Below, piece after piece: positions 1 through 10,034 of a DNA stretch of 32,338 nucleotides. The position numbers and the translations under genes were made by a program. The notes beneath the pieces are model-generated. The model was not told where the DNA came from, made no database searches, and saw only the letters and a program-made list of their open reading frames with translations. The stretch is from Muribaculaceae bacterium (lineage in GTDB: Bacteria; Bacteroidota; Bacteroidia; Bacteroidales; Muribaculaceae). The stretch spans positions 1 through 32,338 of the forward strand of contig JAICZO010000461.1 of assembly GCA_029057255.1 (NCBI GenBank), in the 5' to 3' direction. The number at the start of each line of letters is the position of its first letter. The first letter of the stretch is position 1.

Positions 1-717
1 GGGTACTACGCCCTGGAGGTTGAATGTTGCGGGGCCGCGGCCGTCGGTGCTGTCGAATACTTCGCCGTTGATGTGTTTGCCGGTGTAGTTTACGATTACT
101 GTCGATGTTTCTTCGGGCTTGGCGCCTTCGCCTTCGTTCTCGATGATGTATGAGAGGCCGCTGTCGGTGGTCTTGACGTCCTTGCCTTCAGCTTTGAGGC
201 TCTCGACGTATTCGTTGCCTGCTTTGCCGTTTTCTACTGCTGTGGGTTCGGCTGCTTTCTCAGCTTCTTTGGCTGCGCGTGCTTTCTCTTGTGCTGCTGT
301 GTAGAGTGCCTGGAACTGTGCTGCGCGCACCTGTACTTGCTCGAATGAGATGGAGTCGGCCAGGAATGCCTGTTTGAAGGCTGTCATTGTGGCGGCTTTG
401 TTGAGTTCGACGCCGTGGTGTTCGAGCTGCTGCATCTCTGCCATCATCTGGAGTGCTACCTGCATGCCCATGCGAGTGTTGCGGCTGTCGTCGGCGCCGA
501 ATACTATCTGCATGCCGCGGAGGAATTCCTGCTTTGCGTTTTTGTCGGTGTCGTCGAACTGTGCGTAGTCGCTGTAGAGCATCGAGCCTACGTAGTCGCC
601 GTATGCGACGGAGAGGGAGTCGTTGGTGCTTGTGTCGCAGTTGCCGTCGGCGCATTTGTCGCAGCTTGTTGCGGCGAGTGCGAGGAGGGCGCATGCGCCC
701 ATCATAAATTTCTTCAT
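1..717 (-). CDS. FKBP-type peptidyl-prolyl cis-trans isomerase, probable lipoprotein (3' end runs off the window)
   Basis: Not in the ORF track; translated by hand. ATG at 717 gives MKKFMMGACALLALAATSCDKC... (lipobox-like LAATSC). The in-window end reads DVKTTDSGLSYIIENEGEGAKPEETSTVIVNYTGKHINGEVFDSTDGRGPATFNLQGVVP, a classic FKBP_C domain. Confidence 0.9.
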   Translation of the reverse strand, partial: MKKFMMGACALLALAATSCDKCADGNCDTSTNDSLSVAYGDYVGSMLYSDYAQFDDTDKNAKQEFLRGMQIVFGADDSRNTRMGMQVALQMMAEMQQLEHHGVELNKAATMTAFKQAFLADSISFEQVQVRAAQFQALYTAAQEKARAAKEAEKAAEPTAVENGKAGNEYVESLKAEGKDVKTTDSGLSYIIENEGEGAKPEETSTVIVNYTGKHINGEVFDSTDGRGPATFNLQGVVP

Positions 718-731
718 AAGAGTTATGTTTT

Positions 732-1406
732 TTATTTGATTTCTAATAGTGTGATGTCAAACTCGAGCGCGCAGTCGGGCGGTATGACTCCGGGTATGCC
801 TGCTGTTCCGTAGGCGAGGTCCGAGGGGATGGTGAGTCGGTATTGTCCGCCTGTTTTCATGAGCAGCAGGCCTTCTGCGATGCCGGGTGCGAGGTCGCTG
901 ACGGCTGCTGTCATCGGTTCTTCGTCGGGGTTTATGTTGTCGAATACCGTGCCGTCGGGGAGTATGCCCCGGTATCGGATTGTGACGGTGTCGGCTGATG
1001 TGGGTGTCGCGCCTGTGCCTTCCTCGATTACTTCGAAGACGAGTCCGCTGTCGGTGACTGTGGCACGGGGTCTTGCCGCTGCTGCAGCGAGGAACTGTGC
1101 CGATTCGGCCACGGCGCGTGCCGACATTGCGGCGTCGATGGCTTCGTTGGCTCGGCGGTGGGCTGCCGCGTCGTATGGTAGGGCGAGTTGTTCGATGACC
1201 ATGCGCCGTACTGCCGCTGTGTCGCATCTGACGCCTGTCGCTATCAGGTCGGACAGGGCGTTGTCGACGGCGAGCTTGATGTTTGATGCGACAAATACGG
1301 CGACTTCCCGGTCAAGGTCTTTGTCCGAGCTCTTGACCGGAGTCTCCGCATTTGCTTGTAGGATTATCGCTGCCGCCGCAAAGAGCGAGCAGAGACGTCT
1401 TGTCAT
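732..1406 (-). CDS. FKBP-type PPIase with Sec signal peptide and divergent active site
   Basis: TDSGLVFEVIEEGTG, YRGILPDGTVFD, IPSDLAYG and IPPDCALEFDITL motifs; hydrophobic N-terminus ending ANA. Overlaps the upstream gene by 4 nt. Confidence 0.9.
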   Translation of the reverse strand: MTRRLCSLFAAAAIILQANAETPVKSSDKDLDREVAVFVASNIKLAVDNALSDLIATGVRCDTAAVRRMVIEQLALPYDAAAHRRANEAIDAAMSARAVAESAQFLAAAAARPRATVTDSGLVFEVIEEGTGATPTSADTVTIRYRGILPDGTVFDNINPDEEPMTAAVSDLAPGIAEGLLLMKTGGQYRLTIPSDLAYGTAGIPGVIPPDCALEFDITLLEIK

Positions 1407-2029
1407 TTGCCGATAACCTTAATGAGTTCGACGTCGAAGATGAGGGTCTGGTTGGGGCCGATGATGCCGCCTGCACCCTGGGGGCCGTATGCGAGCTGCG
1501 AGGGTATGAACAGACGCCATTTCGAGCCTTCTGTCATGAGCTGCAGGGCTTCTACCCATCCGGGGATGACCTGTGTGACGCCGAATGTTGCGGGTTCGCC
1601 GCGGTCGACGCTGCTGTCGAATACGGTGCCGTCGATGAGTTTGCCGGTGTAGTGTACTGTCACCTGGTCGTCGGCCGAGGGGTGAGCGCCTGTGCCTTCC
1701 ACGAGCACTTCGTACTGCAGGCCGGAGGGAGTAGTCTTGACTTCGGTGCGCTTGCCGTTTGCTTCGAGGAACTCACGGCCGGCCTTTTCGTTTACTTCAG
1801 CCATGGCTGCCGCTTCCTGCTGCTGCTTCTGCTGGAGTTCGGTGAAGAATTCGTTTATTACTTTCTTTGCTTCGTCGAAGCTCATTTTGGGAGTCGCACC
1901 GTTGAAGACGGCGGCGACGGCGTCGGCGAAGTCCTGTACGTTTATCTTGTCAATGCCGGAGGCACGGAAATTGTGGCCCATGCTGAGACCGAGAGCGTAG
2001 CTCAGACGGTCAAAATCTTTATTTTCCAT
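1403..2029 (-). CDS. fklB: FKBP-type PPIase, FklB/Mip-like (FKBP_N + FKBP_C), no signal peptide
   Basis: SYALG FKBP_N motif; TPSGLQYEVL, HYTGKLIDGTVFDSS, VIPGWVEALQLM, IPSQLAYG and LIFDVEL. Confidence 0.93.
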   Translation of the reverse strand: MENKDFDRLSYALGLSMGHNFRASGIDKINVQDFADAVAAVFNGATPKMSFDEAKKVINEFFTELQQKQQQEAAAMAEVNEKAGREFLEANGKRTEVKTTPSGLQYEVLVEGTGAHPSADDQVTVHYTGKLIDGTVFDSSVDRGEPATFGVTQVIPGWVEALQLMTEGSKWRLFIPSQLAYGPQGAGGIIGPNQTLIFDVELIKVIGK

Positions 2030-2054
2030 AATTATGTCAGTTATATGTCATCGG

Positions 2055-2085
2055 CAAAGTTAGGCATTTTTGCCCGAATAGCCAA
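2055..2085 (-). promoter_or_regulatory. Bacteroidetes sigma-A promoter of the FKBP operon
   Basis: Minus strand TAACTTTG at 2062-2055 matches the TAnnTTTG -7 box; TTG about 20 nt upstream (2085-2083) is a plausible -33 box. Confidence 0.7.
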
Positions 2086-2234
2086 CGTAATAACAAAATA
2101 AAGGCACAACAAGTTTTGCGCGTCTGATTTGCAAATGTAAACTATTGAAATGTCCGCCCCGAGTCCGTAACACGACCATAAAACAGATTGTTGATAACTT
2201 TTTGGGGATATGTTCGAAACTTTTTCAGTTTCGA

Positions 2235-2266
2235 TTTGCAAATTACGTGCTATAGCACTAACTTTA
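2235..2266 (+). promoter_or_regulatory. Probable sigma-A promoter of the dcw operon
   Basis: TTTG (2235-2238), 20-nt spacer, TAACTTTA (2259-2266; one mismatch to TAnnTTTG), about 55 nt before the rsmH ATG. Confidence 0.6.
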
Positions 2267-2320
2267 CACCCTCTAAAGCCGCGTCGGAGACCAACTCTCT
2301 GTCGCGGCCGCTAACAGATT

Positions 2321-3235
<915 letters not shown>

Positions 3236-3251
3236 CACAAGCGCTATCACA

Positions 3252-3584
3252 ATGGGAATTATTCATAAGATAGGCAGCGGTGCGAGAGCCGTCATCCAGG
3301 GCGATGCCGTGTCGAGCAAGTTCTTCATGGAGCACTTCTTCGCCACGTCGTTTGTGCTGATGGCGTGCATAGCGATGATTGCTCTGCGCTTCGAGTGCGC
3401 CACCAGTCAGAACACCGTCGACCGCCTCAACCACCAGATCAACGTCATGAGCACCGAGAAGCAGAAAGAGCGCTCGCTCTACATGACCCTCACCCGCGAG
3501 TCGGCTATGCTGCATCTTGTCGACTCCCTTCACCTCGGGCTTACCGTGCCCGACCGACGCCCTGAAATAGTAAACGTACACTGA
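3252..3584 (+). CDS. ftsL: FtsL-like cell division protein
   Basis: 110 aa with a single TM segment followed by a coiled coil; canonical position between rsmH and ftsI. Confidence 0.78.
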   Translation: MGIIHKIGSGARAVIQGDAVSSKFFMEHFFATSFVLMACIAMIALRFECATSQNTVDRLNHQINVMSTEKQKERSLYMTLTRESAMLHLVDSLHLGLTVPDRRPEIVNVH

Positions 3585-3591
3585 GATAACA

Positions 3592-5802
3592 ATGGCAAAA
3601 GAATCCTCCTCAGCCCCTAACCGCCGCAACACCGACGACCGTATCAGCCCCAGCCATGCATTTGTGGTGGGGCGTTTCGGCATTATCTTCGCCATCACGG
3701 CGATACTTGCCGTTGCCATTGCCGTCATGCTTGTGCGCACCACCGTCGTCAATGCCTCGGCGTGGAACCGCATGGCCGCCTCGACCCTTGCCGACAGCGT
3801 CGTCATCTACCCCCAGCGCGGCGAGATTCTTGCCTCCGACGGCTCCATCCTCGCCACCAACCTATACTATGTCGACATCATGGTCGACTTCCGCGCCACC
3901 CGCTTCAAGATTGCCGAGTTTGTCGACTCCATCCCTATGATTGCCGACAGCCTCAGCGTCTACTTCCCGCGCTACTCCCGCAAAGAGTGGGAGCGCAGGC
4001 TCAACAAAGCCGTCGAGCCTCCCAAGTCGAAGCGCACGCGCAACTTCGTCATCGCCAAGGCCGTCCCCGACGAGATGCTGCGTAAGGTCAAGACCTTCCC
4101 CTTCTTCCGCGCCTTCCGCCGCAACAGCAACTGTACAGGTCTCAAGAGCGACCTTGTCATGAAGCGCTCCTATCCCTTCGGGCGCATGGCCAGGCTCAGT
4201 ATCGGCCGCGTGGGGCAGCTCTCCTACGACCCCGAAGTGCACGGCCGCTCCGGTCTCGAGCGTGCCCTCGACACCCTCCTCTACGGTGTGCCCGGCGTCA
4301 AGCGCAAGGTAGTGTCGACCCGCGGCACCCGCTACGCCGAGGAGCTGCCCGCCATAGACGGCTACGACGTCACCACCACCATCGACATTACGATGCAGGA
4401 CCTGCTCGAGGCCGAGCTGGGTGAAATGCTGCTCAAGTCGCATGCCGACTGGGGCACCGCCATCCTCATGGAAGTGGCCACCGGCGACATCAAAGCCATC
4501 TCCAACCTCGAGCGCGACAGCACATCGCGCACCCCGCGCTGCATCGAGGCCCTCAACCGTGCCGTCCAGGCCTACGAGCCCGGCTCGGTCATGAAAGTCA
4601 TGACCATGGCCGTCGCTCTCGAGAAAGGCTTCGGCAAGCCCGTCACCCGCGAGCTGCCTATCGGCCACAGCTTCGCCTATCTCGGCAAGCGCCCCATCAG
4701 CGACACCCACTCTCCCGCCTCCCTCCCCATCAGCCGTTTCATAGAGTACTCATCGAATATAGGCATGGTGAAGATGACCATGCCCCACTACGATGGCGAC
4801 CCCAACCGCTTCAAGAAAGACCTGGCCGAGTTAGGATTCTTCGACCGCTTCAACACCGGCATCGCCCGTGAAGTGCCGCCTTACTTCCCGACAGTGAAGA
4901 ACAATGTCGGCGGCAAGCTCGACCTGTCGCGCATGGTCTTCGGCTACTGCACGATGATACCGCCGCTGTATACCTGTGCCTTCTACAACGCCGTTGCCAA
5001 CGACGGCCGCTTCGTGCGCCCGCGCCTCGTCAAGGGTCTGCGCACCCCCGACGGCCGCGACTCGGTCATCCCCGTGTCGTATGTCAGGGAGCGCATGATG
5101 TCGTCGGAGAACGCGGCACTGCTGCGCAAGATGATGCGCGGAGTAGTGTGGGAGCAGGGCGGTACCGCCAAGAGCCTGCGCAACGATGTCGTCGAGATTG
5201 CCGGCAAGACCGGCACTTGCAAGATAGCCCTCGAGGACAAGCGCCCCCGCTACGACAAGAACGGCAAGAAACTCGACCTGCCCCCCTTCAAGGGCGGCTA
5301 TCTCGAGGGCCACTACCGCGTGACCTTCTGCGGATTCTTCCCCTACGAGAACCCCAAATACACCTGCATAGTGCTCATCAGCGACCCCAAGGTGCCCTAC
5401 CGCGGCCCTGCCGTCAGCTCGGGCGTGGTGCTTAAAAACCTTGCCCTCAAGCTCTATGCCCGCGGACTGCTCTCCGAAGACCCCACCTTCGCTGCCGAGA
5501 GCGGCGAGAAAGGTCCCGGCCCGACAGTCTACTCCTCCTTCAACACCGCCCGCAACGCCACGCTGCACTCCGACCTGCGCCTCGGCGCCACGCGTGCCAT
5601 CCGTCATCCCGAGCCATCGGCAGGAGCCGGCACCGTGCCCGACGTCAAAGGCGTGAGTCTGCGCGAGGCCCTCGCCACACTCGAGGCCGCCGGATATGCC
5701 GTCAAGTTCGAGGGCGTCGGCTACGTCTATGCGCAGAACCCCGAGGCCGGAGCCAAGGCCGTGCCGGGCACAAGAATACACCTTGCCCTCAGACATGACT
5801 GA
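3592..5802 (+). CDS. ftsI: Class B penicillin-binding protein FtsI/PBP3 with C-terminal PASTA domain
   Basis: N-terminal TM; RGEILASDG, RSYPFG and GRSGLE; SxxK (EPGSVMK), SxN (SSN) and KTG; PASTA-like VPDVKGVSLREAL...QNP. Confidence 0.95.
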   Translation: MAKESSSAPNRRNTDDRISPSHAFVVGRFGIIFAITAILAVAIAVMLVRTTVVNASAWNRMAASTLADSVVIYPQRGEILASDGSILATNLYYVDIMVDFRATRFKIAEFVDSIPMIADSLSVYFPRYSRKEWERRLNKAVEPPKSKRTRNFVIAKAVPDEMLRKVKTFPFFRAFRRNSNCTGLKSDLVMKRSYPFGRMARLSIGRVGQLSYDPEVHGRSGLERALDTLLYGVPGVKRKVVSTRGTRYAEELPAIDGYDVTTTIDITMQDLLEAELGEMLLKSHADWGTAILMEVATGDIKAISNLERDSTSRTPRCIEALNRAVQAYEPGSVMKVMTMAVALEKGFGKPVTRELPIGHSFAYLGKRPISDTHSPASLPISRFIEYSSNIGMVKMTMPHYDGDPNRFKKDLAELGFFDRFNTGIAREVPPYFPTVKNNVGGKLDLSRMVFGYCTMIPPLYTCAFYNAVANDGRFVRPRLVKGLRTPDGRDSVIPVSYVRERMMSSENAALLRKMMRGVVWEQGGTAKSLRNDVVEIAGKTGTCKIALEDKRPRYDKNGKKLDLPPFKGGYLEGHYRVTFCGFFPYENPKYTCIVLISDPKVPYRGPAVSSGVVLKNLALKLYARGLLSEDPTFAAESGEKGPGPTVYSSFNTARNATLHSDLRLGATRAIRHPEPSAGAGTVPDVKGVSLREALATLEAAGYAVKFEGVGYVYAQNPEAGAKAVPGTRIHLALRHD

Positions 5803-5831
5803 CGGGTGCGAAAACACAAGAACACAAGACA

Positions 5832-7337
5832 ATGGACCAGTATAACGATAACCAACGAGAGACGTCCGAGGTCACCCTCGAAGTACTCCTTGACTCAATA
5901 GTCGCCGACAGCCGTCGCGGCACCCTCCCCGACGACACTGTCATCACAGCCATCACCGCCGACTCGCGCCAGGTCGTGCCCGGCGCCCTCTTCGTGGCCG
6001 TGCGCGGCGTCGAAGTCGACGGCCACCGCTTCATCGGCAAAGCCATCGAGGCCGGAGCCGTGGCCGTGGTAGCCGAAGAGCTGCCCGACAGCCTTCCCGA
6101 GGGCGTCGCCGGCATCGTCGTATCAGAGAGCCGCGTCGCTCTCGGACATCTTGCGTCGCGCTTCTACGGCGACCCCTCCGACGAGCTGACACTCGTCGGC
6201 GTCACCGGCACCAACGGCAAGACCACCATCGCCACGCTCCTCTACGAGATGGCACGCATGCGCGGTCTCAAGGCCGGCCTGCTCTCGACAGTGGCCAACA
6301 TCATCGACACCACCTCGATACCCGCCGAGCATACCACCCCCGACGCCGTCATGCTCAACCGTCTGCTGCGTCAGATGGTAGATGCCGGATGCACCTTCGC
6401 CTCTATGGAAGTGAGCAGCCATGCCGCCGACCAGCACCGTATCGCCGGGCTGACCTTCGCCGGAGGTATCTTTACCAATCTCACGCGCGACCATCTCGAC
6501 TACCACAAGACCTTCGACGCCTACCTGCAGGCCAAGAAGTCGTTCTTCGACATGCTGCCGCCCGAGGCCTTCGCCCTCACCAACGCCGATGACCGCAACG
6601 GCGAGGTCATGCTCCAGAACACCGCCGCCCGTCCGCGTGCCACCTACTCCGTGCGCGACCTTGCCGACTTCAGAGTGCGTCCTGTCGAAGAGCGCATCGA
6701 CGGCATGCTCCTTGACTTCGACGGCACCCAGGTCGAGACACGCTTTGTCGGCCGCTTCAACGCCTCGAATCTCGCCGCCGTCTATGGCGCCGCCATACTT
6801 CTGGGCGTGCCGCGTGAGGACGTGCTTATCTACATGAGCCGCCTCGTGCCCGTCGCCGGACGTTTCCAGCCCTTCCGCTCGGCCGACGGTGTGACAGGCA
6901 TCGTCGACTACGCCCACACCCCCGACGCCCTTATCAACGTGCTCGACACCATCCGCGATGTGGCCGGCGACGCACGCGTGATAACAGTCTGCGGAGCCGG
7001 AGGAAACCGCGACAACGGCAAGCGCCCCCTCATGGCCCGCGCCGCCGCCGAGCGCTCCGACGTCGTCATACTCACCTCCGACAACCCCCGCAACGAAGAC
7101 CCCGTGGCCATCCTCGACGAAATGGCGGCAGGTCTCGACCACTCGCAGCGCGCCCGCACCGAGATCATCGTCGACCGTGCCGAAGCCATCAGGCACGCTG
7201 TCGCCATAGCACAGCCCGGCGACGTGATACTGCTTGCCGGAAAGGGCCACGAGACCACGCAGACCATCGGCGACCGTGTGCTTCACTTCGACGACAGAGA
7301 AGAAATAAGCCGGGAGCTCGCCGCCCGCGGCAAATGA
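5832..7337 (+). CDS. murE: UDP-MurNAc-L-Ala-D-Glu:meso-DAP ligase
   Basis: DSRQV, GVTGTNGKTT, TTPD, MEVSSH, FTNLTRDHLDYH, DYAHTPD, AGKGHE; DNPR is the meso-DAP specificity motif. Confidence 0.97.
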   Translation: MDQYNDNQRETSEVTLEVLLDSIVADSRRGTLPDDTVITAITADSRQVVPGALFVAVRGVEVDGHRFIGKAIEAGAVAVVAEELPDSLPEGVAGIVVSESRVALGHLASRFYGDPSDELTLVGVTGTNGKTTIATLLYEMARMRGLKAGLLSTVANIIDTTSIPAEHTTPDAVMLNRLLRQMVDAGCTFASMEVSSHAADQHRIAGLTFAGGIFTNLTRDHLDYHKTFDAYLQAKKSFFDMLPPEAFALTNADDRNGEVMLQNTAARPRATYSVRDLADFRVRPVEERIDGMLLDFDGTQVETRFVGRFNASNLAAVYGAAILLGVPREDVLIYMSRLVPVAGRFQPFRSADGVTGIVDYAHTPDALINVLDTIRDVAGDARVITVCGAGGNRDNGKRPLMARAAAERSDVVILTSDNPRNEDPVAILDEMAAGLDHSQRARTEIIVDRAEAIRHAVAIAQPGDVILLAGKGHETTQTIGDRVLHFDDREEISRELAARGK

Positions 7338-7370
7338 ACCGTCACGACATCAACAATATAGAAAGCAACG

Positions 7371-8618
7371 ATGCTGTATTCAATCTTTTCAATGCTTCAG
7401 GAATCCGGTTTTCCCGGAGTGCGCCTGATGAATTATATCACATTCCGCTCCGGCGCAGCCTTTGTGCTGGCGCTGCTTTTCGCCATCTTCGTAGGACGCT
7501 CCGTCATCAACCGCCTGCAGAAAATGCAGGTCGGCGAGATTATCCGCGACCTTGACCTTGAGGGACAGCTCAAGAAGACCGGCACCCCGACCATGGGAGG
7601 CGTCATCATCATCGCCGCCATCGTCATACCCTGTCTGCTTGTCGGCAATCTCACCAACCTCTACATGCTGCTTATGCTCCTCGCCACCGTGTGGTTCGGC
7701 CTGATAGGCTTCCTTGACGACTGGATGAAGCTGCGCAAGCACAACAAGGACGGCATCAAAGGCAAGTACAAGATCATAGGCCAGGTAGGCATAGCCCTTG
7801 TCGTGGCCGTGACGATGAATCTCAGCCCCGAGATGACCATCGTCGAGAACTCCGAGGTCATCAGCGCCGAGACCAACCGCGTCGAGGAAGTCATCTATCA
7901 CAGCACCGACATCAAGTCGCCCCAGACCACAATCCCCTTCGTCAAGAACAACAACTTCAACTACTCCTGGCTGACATCGTGGATGGGCGACTATGCCGAG
8001 ACAGGCGGCTGGATTGTCTTTTTCCTCATCACCATCTTCCTTGTGTCCGCCACCAGCAACGGCGCCAACCTCAACGACGGCCTCGACGGCATGACGGCCG
8101 GACTGTCGGCCATCGCCGGAGTAGCGCTCGCCGTTATGGCATACCTTGGCGGCAACATCATCTACTCGGCATATCTCAACATCATGTATGTGCCCGCCAG
8201 CGAAGAGCTTGTGGTCTATATGTCGGCCTTCGTCGGCGCCCTCATCGGCTTCCTGTGGTACAACGCCTCGCCGGCGCAGGTGTTCATGGGCGACACCGGC
8301 AGCCTCACCCTCGGCGGCGTCATAGCAGTCTTCGCAATACTTATCCACAAAGAGCTGCTGCTGCCCATCCTGTGCGCGCTCTTCTACATCGAGGACCTGT
8401 CGGTCATACTGCAGGTAGCCTACTTCAAGCGCACCGGCGGCCGCCGCATCTTCAAGATGACGCCGCTGCACCATCACTTCCAGAAAGATGCCGGCCTGGT
8501 CGACGCCCTCATACAGCGCCCCCTCAGAGCCATCCCCGAGCAGAAAATCGTGACCCGCTTCTGGATTATAGGCATCATACTCGCCGCCATAACATTCGTC
8601 ACACTGAAGATCCGTTAA
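7371..8618 (+). CDS. mraY: Phospho-MurNAc-pentapeptide transferase
   Basis: KKTGTPTMGG, GFLDDW, NLNDGLDG, FMGDTGSL and PLHHHF; multiple TM segments. Confidence 0.97.
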   Translation: MLYSIFSMLQESGFPGVRLMNYITFRSGAAFVLALLFAIFVGRSVINRLQKMQVGEIIRDLDLEGQLKKTGTPTMGGVIIIAAIVIPCLLVGNLTNLYMLLMLLATVWFGLIGFLDDWMKLRKHNKDGIKGKYKIIGQVGIALVVAVTMNLSPEMTIVENSEVISAETNRVEEVIYHSTDIKSPQTTIPFVKNNNFNYSWLTSWMGDYAETGGWIVFFLITIFLVSATSNGANLNDGLDGMTAGLSAIAGVALAVMAYLGGNIIYSAYLNIMYVPASEELVVYMSAFVGALIGFLWYNASPAQVFMGDTGSLTLGGVIAVFAILIHKELLLPILCALFYIEDLSVILQVAYFKRTGGRRIFKMTPLHHHFQKDAGLVDALIQRPLRAIPEQKIVTRFWIIGIILAAITFVTLKIR

Positions 8619-8641
8619 ACACACCTTATATATAATATATA

Positions 8642-10012
8642 ATGGAAAAAATCAACACATCGCATCCCCGCCGCCTTGTAGTGCTTGGCGCGGGCGAAAG
8701 CGGATTCGGCGCCGCCATCCTCGGCAAAGATCTCGGCATGGATGTATTCCTGAGCGACAGCGGCAGCATCGCCGAGCGCTACCGCAGCCGCCTTGTCAGC
8801 GAGGGCATAGCCTTCGAGGAAGGCGGGCACACTATGGAGCGCATCCTCGCCGCCGACGAGATTGTCAAGAGCCCCGGCATACCCCTTGACGCCCCCGTCG
8901 TGCTCGCTGCCGTGGCCAAGAACATCCCCGTAATCAGCGAGATTGAGTTCGCAGGGCGTTTCACCGACTCCAAGATGGTGTGTATAACAGGCTCCAACGG
9001 CAAGACTACCACAACGATGCTCATACACCATATCCTGACCCGTGCCGGCATCGATGCCTCACTGGCCGGAAACATCGGCAACAGCCTTGCCTACCAGGTA
9101 GCCCGCGACCCGCACAAGGTATATGTCGTGGAGCTGAGCAGCTTCCAGCTCGACAACATGTACGACTTCAAGGCCAATATCGCCGTGCTGCTGAACATAA
9201 CCCCCGACCATCTCGACCGCTACGGCTACGTGATGCAGAACTACGTCAACGCCAAGTTCCGCATCCTGCAGAACATGACACGCTCCGACGCCTTCATCTT
9301 CTGGAAAGATGACCCCGTCATCAGCGAGCAGCTGCGCCATGTATGCACCGAAGCGCGCATGCTGCCCTTCTCGGAGCACCGCGAGGAAGAGTCGGCCGCA
9401 TACATCGACGCCGAGAACGAGCTGATATTCAACACTCCCGGCGGCACATCGCTGTCGATGCCCCGTGCCGACCTTGCGCTCAACGGTCTGCACAACGTGT
9501 TCAACTCTATGGCTGCCGGCCTGTCGGCATGTATCTGCAACGTGAGCAAGGAGGACATCCGCGCCGCGCTCTCCGACTTCTCCGGAGTGGAGCACCGTCT
9601 CGAAGCGGTGGCCGACATCGACGGCGTGCACTGGATCAACGACTCCAAGGCCACAAATGTCAACTCGTGCTACTATGCCCTCGAGGCCATGAAGACGCCC
9701 ACAGTCCTCATCCTCGGCGGCAAAGACAAGGGCAACGACTACTCCGAGATACTCCCGCTGGTAAAAGACAAGGTCAAGGCCATTGTGGCCATGGGCAAGG
9801 ACAACGCCAAGATTGTCGAGTTCTTCAGCGGACAGGTACCCGAGATTGTCGACACCCACTCGCTTGCCGACGCCGTCGAGGCTTGCCGCCGTCTTGCCGT
9901 CAGCGGCGATACAGTGCTGCTGTCGCCCTGCTGTGCCAGCTTCGACCTTTTCTCGAGCTACGAGGACCGCGGCCGCAAGTTCAAGGACGCTGTCCGCAGC
10001 CTTATAAAATAA
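8642..10012 (+). CDS. murD: UDP-MurNAc-L-Ala:D-Glu ligase
   Basis: LGAGESG, KSPGIP, ITGSNGKTTT, ELSSFQL, NITPDHLDRY, EHRLE, NDSKATN and LLSPCCASFD. Confidence 0.97.
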   Translation: MEKINTSHPRRLVVLGAGESGFGAAILGKDLGMDVFLSDSGSIAERYRSRLVSEGIAFEEGGHTMERILAADEIVKSPGIPLDAPVVLAAVAKNIPVISEIEFAGRFTDSKMVCITGSNGKTTTTMLIHHILTRAGIDASLAGNIGNSLAYQVARDPHKVYVVELSSFQLDNMYDFKANIAVLLNITPDHLDRYGYVMQNYVNAKFRILQNMTRSDAFIFWKDDPVISEQLRHVCTEARMLPFSEHREEESAAYIDAENELIFNTPGGTSLSMPRADLALNGLHNVFNSMAAGLSACICNVSKEDIRAALSDFSGVEHRLEAVADIDGVHWINDSKATNVNSCYYALEAMKTPTVLILGGKDKGNDYSEILPLVKDKVKAIVAMGKDNAKIVEFFSGQVPEIVDTHSLADAVEACRRLAVSGDTVLLSPCCASFDLFSSYEDRGRKFKDAVRSLIK

Positions 10013-10034
10013 CCACCTCTATCCCGCATATACG

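Noticed and set aside
119-813. ORF-track ORFs in the first 800 bp
   Set aside because: The real gene is the edge-truncated minus-strand FKBP (717 to 1); the listed ORFs are alternative frames.
7337-7371. murF (and ddl, murB) absent from the dcw cluster
   Set aside because: This is the usual arrangement in Bacteroidetes, where these genes lie elsewhere.
7334-7555. 73-aa ORF starting in an ATGA overlap with the murE stop
   Set aside because: Out of frame over mraY with no protein-like features; probably chance.
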